This document shows positions 57,241 through 64,000 of a DNA stretch of 64,000 nucleotides, one piece after another. Both the position numbers and the translations under genes were made by a program. Each line of letters starts with the position of its first letter. The first letter of the stretch is position 1. The notes beneath the pieces were generated by a model. That model was given only the letters and a program-made list of their open reading frames with translations, was not told the origin of the DNA and searched no databases. This DNA is from Dactylosporangium sp. (GTDB taxonomy: Bacteria; Actinomycetota; Actinomycetes; Mycobacteriales; Micromonosporaceae): the NCBI GenBank assembly GCA_013041765.1, contig JABDRL010000167.1, positions 706 to 64,705 of the forward strand, given 5' to 3'.

Positions 57241-58551
57241 CTAGTTTTCGAGCGCTGGCCGTGCCCGTGTCATCAGCTGTGCCGCGGCCTGCCGCGTTGT
57301 CGTCCGGCCCCACAGGACACTCTCCGCTGCCTGCAGCAGCAGCGCTTTGACCTGGCTGTGGCCTTTCGGCGGGGGCGCTGGGGCCGGCCCGAACCTCGGG
57401 GCCATCGCGGTCTCGTACGCGACGGTGGCCCGCATCGATGGGGGAAGGCCAGGAGTGATGTGTGTCCGAATGTCGATGTTGGCGGGCAACCCACGTTCGG
57501 TGCCCAGGATGGTTCCAGCTTCGAGATCATTGACCAGAAAGTCGATCACCTTGGCGGCCTCCTCGGCCTGGCGGGTTCCCTTGTAGATCGACCAGTACTG
57601 GGAGGCCCTGGCCCACTGCCCACTGGGGTTTCCGGGAAACGCGGTGATGCCGAGTTCGTGGTCTGTGCCCTTCTGGAGTTCCGCGAGCATGTTGGACCAA
57701 GCGAACGTCGTCGCCCCCCGCTGGTTGATGACGAGGTGCGCATCGGTGTCGTTGGTGTTGGCCGTGGCCACGATCTCGGGGGGCGGCGTGGCACCGCGCT
57801 GGCGGGCGGAGGCCCACAGATCCAACCACCGCTGAAGGTCGTCTGCGGTGAACCCCAGCGATGAGCCGTCGTAGAGTTCCTTGCCCTGGGACCGTAGCCA
57901 GAGCCAGAGTGCCTTGTAATCGGCGCTGGGATCCATGGTTCCGTAGACCTTGCCGCCACTGCGGCGGGTTATCTCCGCGGCCCAATCGATGAGCTGGCGG
58001 TAGGTCCATCCGATCTGTGGTTCTGGCATGCCGAGTTCGCGGAGGAGGGTCTTGTCGTAGAACAGGGCCGGGGTGTTTTCGGAGCTGGGTACCCCGAACG
58101 GGCGGCCACCGACATTGCCGTAGGCCACGAGGCTTTCGGGAAGCCGGCTTTCGTCGATCTGGTTTCCGGGGCCGACGAGATCGCTCAGATCACGGGCGAT
58201 ATTTCGGATCGCATAGTCCGTCAGTGAATTGTCATCCATTTGAAAAATGTCGGGTGCCTGACCGCCTGCGGCCATTGTGGCGAGTTTGTGGTAATAGCCG
58301 TTATTGGCCTGCCACTGGCGCTTGAAGGTGATGTTGGGATGCTTCCGGGTGTACAGCGCAAGCGTCTGCTCGGTGATGCTGGCTCGTTCCGGTCCACCCC
58401 ACCAGAAGATGCTCAGCCGCAGGGCCGGCGGCTTGCCGGAGGCACCCGGACTGCACGCCGCCGTGGCGCCGACAACCGCGACCGCGATCGCGAGGGCGAC
58501 CAGCGCACGCGACCGCAGGCTCCGGTGACCGGAGCCACGAATGGCGTTCAT
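57241..58551 (-). CDS. ABC-transporter solute-binding lipoprotein (family 1, sugar-type), with no adjacent permease or ATPase genes
   Basis: MNAIRGSGHRSLRSRALVALAIAVAVVGATAAC (lipobox), ..FWWGGPERASITEQTLALY..QAPDIFQMDDNSL.. The longest ORF starts at 58578. Confidence 0.8.
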   Translation of the reverse strand: MNAIRGSGHRSLRSRALVALAIAVAVVGATAACSPGASGKPPALRLSIFWWGGPERASITEQTLALYTRKHPNITFKRQWQANNGYYHKLATMAAGGQAPDIFQMDDNSLTDYAIRNIARDLSDLVGPGNQIDESRLPESLVAYGNVGGRPFGVPSSENTPALFYDKTLLRELGMPEPQIGWTYRQLIDWAAEITRRSGGKVYGTMDPSADYKALWLWLRSQGKELYDGSSLGFTADDLQRWLDLWASARQRGATPPPEIVATANTNDTDAHLVINQRGATTFAWSNMLAELQKGTDHELGITAFPGNPSGQWARASQYWSIYKGTRQAEEAAKVIDFLVNDLEAGTILGTERGLPANIDIRTHITPGLPPSMRATVAYETAMAPRFGPAPAPPPKGHSQVKALLLQAAESVLWGRTTTRQAAAQLMTRARPALEN

Positions 58552-58611
58552 CGGGGACGAACGGGCGACGGGGTGCACAATTTCGATTGTCGACGCAGCG
58601 GAGACGAAAAT

Positions 58612-59964
58612 TCACTTGGAGCACTGAAATACATCGACCGGGCTGGCATTTTGTGACAACCGAACGAACGATTCACCGTTTCGGGTGGACGGCGGTCGCA
58701 GTACGGGCACGAAACAGAGATAGGCGACTGGATAGAGCAAATACCCGAATCTGCTCGAAGGGAGAAACCCGATCGCGCAGGAGAGCCCGATCGCGCAGAT
58801 CAGCGCGGCGGCAGCCGGATCATTCGGCGGCCAGCGGATCAACCAGACGGCGAGGGCCAGGGCAGACAGCGTCACCAGCCCCAGCGCGAGGTAGGTGCCG
58901 CCCGGCACCCACACCGTGAGGAGCTTCCCGACGAGTGGTGAGCGCGCCGGTGTGGCGGCAAGACCGGCGCCGAGCGGAAAACGCAGCACGTTCTCGATGG
59001 CGGCATCCGCGTTGACCAGCGCGGTCGGCAGGAGCACCAGTGCGGGCACGCCAAACGCCCCGCAGGCATAGCGCATGACCACCCGCCGACCCCGCACGGC
59101 CGCCAGGGCTAGCAGCACCACGGCGATTGGCAGGGCCAGAAGCTTCAGCGTCCCCGCGACCCCCACGATGATGCCGGTGGCCGTGAACCGACCGCGTGCG
59201 GCGAGGGCGAACGCCAGCAGGCACAGCGCGAGTACCGGGAGATCGTCTCCCCCGGTCGCCAGCGGCAGGGCACAGGTGGGGAGGACCGTGGCGGCTTGTA
59301 GCGCCCGGATGAACGGCGGGCGGAGCGTACCGAGCAGCAGCCTGACGATGCCGAGCAGCGCCGCGATGGTGACCAGGGCGAACCAGATACGGGCGTCGGC
59401 CCACCACACGGCACCGCCGAGGGCCCTCGGCATCCCGAACACCGCCATGCCGGGGTGGTAGGGGGTGTACCCGAGGACCTGCTCGTTCGCGGGGAGGGCG
59501 GCGATGGCAGCCCTGGTGAGATAGGGCGTGCCGTCCTCGATGATGCGCTGGCCAGCGGCCTCGACGACGACGACCTCCGACTGGGCGCGATTCGTCTGGC
59601 CGCCGGCCCGTTCGAATACCTGGATCGAGAGCGGCACCAGCGCGGTCGCGATCCAGGTCAGTATCGTCAGCGCTGCCCGGCTCGCCGAACTCGACGCTCG
59701 GCGGACGGGACCGGGGGCGCGGCGTGTCACAAGCAACTGCCCGGCGACGACGAGTGCCGCAACCGCGTAGCCCCAGAGTGCGATCATTCCCCAGGCCCGA
59801 TGGGCAGCCAGCGTCGAAAGGACCGCGGTTGATGCGGCGAACACCGTCGAGCCGCCGTAGACGAGCAGGTCTCCCCAGAAACCGGCCGATGGTTGACCTC
59901 GCCGCTGGGCTGGTCGTGCGACGCGTTCGCGGCGCGGTCTGGCCACAGCCGTTAAGGGGGACAT
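58612..59964 (-). CDS. Polytopic membrane protein of unknown function (possibly glycosyltransferase-like)
   Basis: 450 aa with about 10 hydrophobic segments and a basic N-terminus. It ends 33-60 bp upstream of the SBP gene on the same strand. Confidence 0.6.
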   Translation of the reverse strand: MSPLTAVARPRRERVARPAQRRGQPSAGFWGDLLVYGGSTVFAASTAVLSTLAAHRAWGMIALWGYAVAALVVAGQLLVTRRAPGPVRRASSSASRAALTILTWIATALVPLSIQVFERAGGQTNRAQSEVVVVEAAGQRIIEDGTPYLTRAAIAALPANEQVLGYTPYHPGMAVFGMPRALGGAVWWADARIWFALVTIAALLGIVRLLLGTLRPPFIRALQAATVLPTCALPLATGGDDLPVLALCLLAFALAARGRFTATGIIVGVAGTLKLLALPIAVVLLALAAVRGRRVVMRYACGAFGVPALVLLPTALVNADAAIENVLRFPLGAGLAATPARSPLVGKLLTVWVPGGTYLALGLVTLSALALAVWLIRWPPNDPAAAALICAIGLSCAIGFLPSSRFGYLLYPVAYLCFVPVLRPPSTRNGESFVRLSQNASPVDVFQCSK

Positions 59965-59988
59965 TGTGCGAGTCTAGCCACTTTCCGG

Positions 59989-62508
59989 TCACCCACTTTT
60001 ATCGAAGCGTCGCTGATCACCCCGAGGGCGTCTGCTGGTGGGGAGCTGAATGACCGATCCGTTGCCGCCGATCGGCGCGGCCAGCGTACCCGGTTGGCCG
60101 CCGGTGCCCCGGTGCAGCCGCGCGAGCAACCGGGACGTCGGCATCGGACGGGCGAACAGGTAGCCCTGACCCGCCGGACACCCCAGCTCCCACAGCCGTC
60201 CCCGTTGCTCTTCGGTCTCCACGCCCTCCGCGACGACGAGTACGTCCAGTGAGCGGCCCAGCTCGATCGTCGACCGGACAATGGCACCGGCGGCCGGGGT
60301 ATCCATCTCCAGGACGAAGCTACGGTCGATCTTGAGTTCGTACACGGGCATCCGCGTCACTGTCGACAGTGATGAGAAGCCCGTGCCGAAATCGTCCAGC
60401 GCGAGGCGGACACCGATGTCGCTGAGGGCGGTCAGCACCTCGTCGACGACCTTGAGCTGGCTGAGGGTCACCGATTCGGTCAACTCGATCACGAGGGCGT
60501 CGACGGACACGTCGTGGGCCGCCAGCCTGGCCTGCACCGCCGCCGGAAACCCGGGATCAAGCAGGCTGCGAGGCGAGACATTCACCGCGATGTCAAGGTC
60601 GAATCCGGCGGATTTCCACCTTCCGGCGGCGGTGAGGGCCTGGTCAAGTACGGTTTCGGCAAAAGCCGGGAGCTGGCCGGAACGTTCGATGCTGCCGAGG
60701 AACTGGTCGGGCGGTAGGCGTCCGCGCTGCGGGTGCTGCCAGCGGGCAAGGGCCTCCGCCGCGATCACCTTGCCGGTTCCGAGGTCGACAATGGGCTGGA
60801 AATCGAGGGTGAACTGCCGCTCGCGAATGGCCCGTGCCAGATCTCCGCCCAGAGCCAGGGACCCGACGCTGGCCGTATCGTAGGACCTCTGGTAGACGAC
60901 GAGCCGCTGTCCGGTGCGCTTGGCCTGGTACATGGCGACGTCGGCCCGCCGGAGCAGCTCGTCGATGCCGTCGATCAGCGCGGGTGTGGCGATTCCCGCG
61001 CTGGCCCCGATCGCGATCCTGGTGCCGTCGAGATCGATCGGAGCATCCAGCACGTTGAGGACCTGGTATGCCCTGACGGTCGGATCCGGCGTGTCGGAAG
61101 CATCGACGAGCAGGACGGCGAACTCGTCTCCGCCCAGGCGAGCGACGAGATCCCCTGATCGCATGGTCCCCTTCAGCCGCCGCGCGATGGTGACGAGTAG
61201 CCGGTCCCCCGCGCCATGCCCGAGCGCCTCGTTGACTTCCTTGAAGTGGTTGAGATCGATGAGGAGGAGGGCGATGCTCTGCGGGGCCGGCAGCGTCGCC
61301 AGCAGCTCGGCGCCGTACGCCCGCAACCGCAACCGGTTGGCCAGGGACGTCAGTGGGTCCTGATGAGCGGCCTGCTCGTGGCGCTCCGCCAGGCTCTTGG
61401 CCGCGGCCAGGGTCGCGGCGTTGCGGATGGCCGTATTGAGCGCGGTCGCGAACGTGCGCAGCGTGTACATCTCGCGCTCGGAGAAACTGACCGGACCTTG
61501 GAACCGGAGCCGGAGCCGGCTGACGTCACCGCTGCCGGCGGGATCGAGTGCCGCCGGGATGACGTAGCCGGGCGACTCCGGTGCGCTGTCAGCGGTGCCG
61601 TCGTAGACGGCGCCGTCGTGGTTGCCCCGGAGCAGGCGGGGCGGCGCCGGCGGCAGCCGTACTTCCAGATCGACCTCGTCGGCGGAGAACAGGTCGACCG
61701 CTCGGTGGACGGCCGTGACGAGTACCCGTTCGAGATCGATCGTGTTGAGCTCGTCGGTCGTCTCGGCCAGCCGCTGCCACGCCCGGCGCTCGGTGCGGCT
61801 GCGCAGCTGGTTCGCCGAGGCCAGATGCAGGGCGTACACCAGGAACGGCAGCCCGGCGACGAACCAGGGCCGCAGCGAGTACGCCCAGATGGCCAGGAAG
61901 ACGATGAGGAAGCTGATGAGCCTTCCGGACAGGCTGGCGTCAAGGTGGGCCGCGATGCGCTGCCGGATCGGTGTGCGGGTGATCAGGGCGAACAGCGCGC
62001 CGGAGAGGACCTCGTCAACGACGGCGTAGCCGAATGCCGCGGCCGCCAGACCGAGGACCCGGACCGCCAGGGGCACGATGGCCTCACCGGACTCCGGCGC
62101 GGCTCCGACCAGGTGAGCCGCCAGCGCGGCGACGGCGACGGCGAGGGTCTCCTTGCCGACGTTGAACCCTATTTTGATCGGCTTCTGATGGACGGCCAGG
62201 GCGACGGTGAGCATGCCGAACGCGAACACGGCGATGGCCCACGAGGCCGGCAGGAATGCCGTGCAGACAAGGGCTACGACCGACATCGGAGACAGAAAAA
62301 GATGGTTTGCCCCGACCCGGAGCCGTACCCGCAGAACCTGGACAACGATCAGCAGTGCCGCGAGGAGGACGGCGAGTGCGATGTTCCGGCGGGAGATCGG
62401 AAGGGTCGCAATCGCCGCGCCAAGGGTAAGAGCCGCGAAAACGACGACGAGACCAACAAGCAGTCTAAGCCGCTGGTTGGCCTTGTCGTCGCAGCGATCC
62501 GACGTCAC
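59989..62508 (-). CDS. Multi-TM sensor diguanylate cyclase/phosphodiesterase (TM domain, GAF-like, GGDEF, EAL)
   Basis: The N-terminal region has about 8 TM helices. It has GGDEF (MRSGDLVARLGGDEFAVLLV, with an RxxD I-site) and EAL (AAEALARWQHP, DDFGTGFSSLS, EGVETEEQ). GTG start at 62508. Confidence 0.88.
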   Translation of the reverse strand: MTSDRCDDKANQRLRLLVGLVVVFAALTLGAAIATLPISRRNIALAVLLAALLIVVQVLRVRLRVGANHLFLSPMSVVALVCTAFLPASWAIAVFAFGMLTVALAVHQKPIKIGFNVGKETLAVAVAALAAHLVGAAPESGEAIVPLAVRVLGLAAAAFGYAVVDEVLSGALFALITRTPIRQRIAAHLDASLSGRLISFLIVFLAIWAYSLRPWFVAGLPFLVYALHLASANQLRSRTERRAWQRLAETTDELNTIDLERVLVTAVHRAVDLFSADEVDLEVRLPPAPPRLLRGNHDGAVYDGTADSAPESPGYVIPAALDPAGSGDVSRLRLRFQGPVSFSEREMYTLRTFATALNTAIRNAATLAAAKSLAERHEQAAHQDPLTSLANRLRLRAYGAELLATLPAPQSIALLLIDLNHFKEVNEALGHGAGDRLLVTIARRLKGTMRSGDLVARLGGDEFAVLLVDASDTPDPTVRAYQVLNVLDAPIDLDGTRIAIGASAGIATPALIDGIDELLRRADVAMYQAKRTGQRLVVYQRSYDTASVGSLALGGDLARAIRERQFTLDFQPIVDLGTGKVIAAEALARWQHPQRGRLPPDQFLGSIERSGQLPAFAETVLDQALTAAGRWKSAGFDLDIAVNVSPRSLLDPGFPAAVQARLAAHDVSVDALVIELTESVTLSQLKVVDEVLTALSDIGVRLALDDFGTGFSSLSTVTRMPVYELKIDRSFVLEMDTPAAGAIVRSTIELGRSLDVLVVAEGVETEEQRGRLWELGCPAGQGYLFARPMPTSRLLARLHRGTGGQPGTLAAPIGGNGSVIQLPTSRRPRGDQRRFDKSG

Positions 62509-62931
62509 CTCACCACCCGTTTGCCTCCCTGCATCGTGCTCGACGGGAGGGTGGGATTGTCAACCACCGTCTGTGAGGTGTCGAAAAGTCTAGGGTTTTA
62601 CCACCACAGCCAATCACGCATCGTGAACTCCTCAGGGGGGGCGAGTGAGCGGTTTTCGGGGTTTGGGACTACCCCAAATGTTTCGGGCCAATCGTGCTGA
62701 CAGGGAGACTACGGCACTGGTCGGCATACCCCGGTGGCGATTTGCCGGTCGATTCATGATTTGAGAAGTCTCACATGTTATGTAGCAATTGTGTTTACAT
62801 GCAGCTACTGTCCGTAATGGATGGACTGTGAAAATAGCGCCGAATCAATTGATCCTGCTCAATCATGCTTACTCTCCACGAGCGACGCGAGCAGCATCAC
62901 AACGGGCGCGATCTCGCTACAGTTGCGCATC

Positions 62932-64000
62932 ATGGCCGACGACGTCGCCCGGCACCGGGCCGCTGATCAGGTGCTGGCCCTCGCTCCCGACGCGGCATCA
63001 CAGCGTGCGGCATGGCGCCTGGCCAGCGCCGATGCCTGGGCGGAGACCGGCAGCGCCGATCAACCCGGCGGCCGGCCGGGGATCGTGTGGGGCCTGGCAC
63101 GGGGCAGCGGGCGGCTTCCCTACCAGACGGCGGTGGATCTGGCCGGTCCGACGTCCCGCTGCTCCTGCCCGAGCCGCAAGTACCCGTGCAAGCACGCGCT
63201 GGGGCTGCTGCTGTGGTGGTCCGCTGGCGAAGTGCCCGGTGGAGCGGCTCCGGGGTGGGTCCGGGCCTGGCAGGCCGAGCGCGCGGCGCGGGAAACCAAC
63301 ACGGCGACCGGCGGCTCCGTCTCCGCCGCGGTGGTCAGCGATGCGGTGGTCAGTGGCACCGCCCCGGGCGCCGGCGGGCGGCGCCCGGGCGAGCGGGCAC
63401 TGGCGGCCCGCCGGCAGCAGATCGCCGGCGGACTTGCCGATCTTGACCTGTGGCTGCTCGACCAAGCCCGCGCGGGCATCGCCCGGCTCTCCGCAGCGGG
63501 GTACGAGCCCTGGGACAGCGTGGCGGCGAGACTGGTCGACGCGAAGGCGACCGCGCTCGCCAGCACCGTTCGTCGGCTGGCCGCGATCGCGGGGGACCCC
63601 GACCGGCTGCTGACCGAACTGGGCCTGCTCCGGCTGCTGATCGCCGGATTCCGCAGGATCGAAGACCTCCCGGAGGACCTCGCGGCCACGGTACTCGCCC
63701 GGTGCGGGATGCCGGTGTCCACCGAGGCGGTGCTGAGCGTGCGGCCACCCGCGCGGGACAGCTGGCACGTGGTCGGTATTCGCGAGGAGCGGGAGGAACA
63801 GTTGCGGGTTCGCCGGGTGTGGCTGCGTGGCGAGCGGACCGGACGGTCCGCCCTGCTCCTGGGCTTTTCCGGGCCCCGCCGGTCGCCCGGCGCGGATCCG
63901 GCGGCCGATGCTGATCTGAAGACCGGCTCGGACCTAATGCCGGGTACCAGGGTGGAGGCTGACCTGTGCTTCTACCCTGGCGCGCAACCGCTGCGGGCAC
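62932..64000 (+). CDS. SWIM zinc-finger family protein, 3'-partial (runs off the window). It is not in the supplied ORF track because no stop codon is reached.
   Basis: Frame 1 from ATG 62932: MADDVARHRAADQVLALAPDAASQRAAWRLASADAWAETG..LPYQTAVDLAGPTSRCSCPSRKYPCKHALGLLLWWSAGEVP.., continuing ..YEPWDSVAARLVDAKATALASTVRRLAAIAG.. to nt 64000 with no stop. CxC-x6-CxH is the SWIM signature. Third-position G/C is high throughout. Confidence 0.8.
   Translation, partial: MADDVARHRAADQVLALAPDAASQRAAWRLASADAWAETGSADQPGGRPGIVWGLARGSGRLPYQTAVDLAGPTSRCSCPSRKYPCKHALGLLLWWSAGEVPGGAAPGWVRAWQAERAARETNTATGGSVSAAVVSDAVVSGTAPGAGGRRPGERALAARRQQIAGGLADLDLWLLDQARAGIARLSAAGYEPWDSVAARLVDAKATALASTVRRLAAIAGDPDRLLTELGLLRLLIAGFRRIEDLPEDLAATVLARCGMPVSTEAVLSVRPPARDSWHVVGIREEREEQLRVRRVWLRGERTGRSALLLGFSGPRRSPGADPAADADLKTGSDLMPGTRVEADLCFYPGAQPLRA

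Noticed and set aside
61216-62700. 494-aa plus-strand ORF
   Set aside because: It is antisense to the second GGDEF-EAL gene and extends into the intergenic region. It has no motifs.
62789-63768. ORFs 62789-63613 (+) and 62998-63768 (-)
   Set aside because: They are out of frame or antisense relative to the SWIM zinc-finger ORF (frame 1 from 62932), which has the recognisable motif and better codon bias.

Overview
This is the replication-origin neighbourhood of a GC-rich actinobacterial chromosome. Gene order matches the Streptomyces/Mycobacterium pattern, and the window is inverted relative to the usual dnaA-forward convention.

Minus-strand core: dnaA, oriC (many DnaA boxes plus an AT-rich unwinding element), dnaN, gnd, recF, DUF721, one extra plus-strand gene, gyrB, gyrA (with a LAGLIDADG intein), DUF3566, tRNA-Ile, a small DLW-39-type ORF and tRNA-Ala.

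Plus-strand core, diverging from dnaA: rpmH, rnpA, yidD, yidC, jag, rsmG, parA and parB, with three parS sites. The conserved actinobacterial block follows: a HIT-like protein, GNAT, cwlM-like amidase, trxA, trxB, anti-sigma plus ECF sigma, pseudokinase, murJ, beta-propeller protein, CCA enzyme, MFS, padR-ino1, DUF5318, class A PBP, GT87-like protein, nfo, rpsF-ssb-rpsR-rplI and dnaB (two mini-inteins).

Non-core content:
- Left edge: a decayed AICE-like integrative element at tRNA-Ala. Its rep gene is multiply frameshifted, no xis is present, and int lacks a start codon.
- After dnaB: two GGDEF-EAL genes bracket an orphan solute-binding lipoprotein and a polytopic membrane protein.
- Right edge: an open-ended SWIM zinc-finger ORF that is absent from the supplied ORF track. 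It may be the first gene of a poorly characterised multi-gene cassette continuing beyond the window.

I saw no rRNA, CRISPR array or intact IS element. The many long antisense ORFs in the track are GC-content artefacts. I found no complete novel system inside the window. The best leads are the SWIM cassette edge, the c-di-GMP island, the DnaA-box clusters outside oriC (next to parS and upstream of dnaB), the inserted gene between DUF721 and gyrB, and the fossil AICE.
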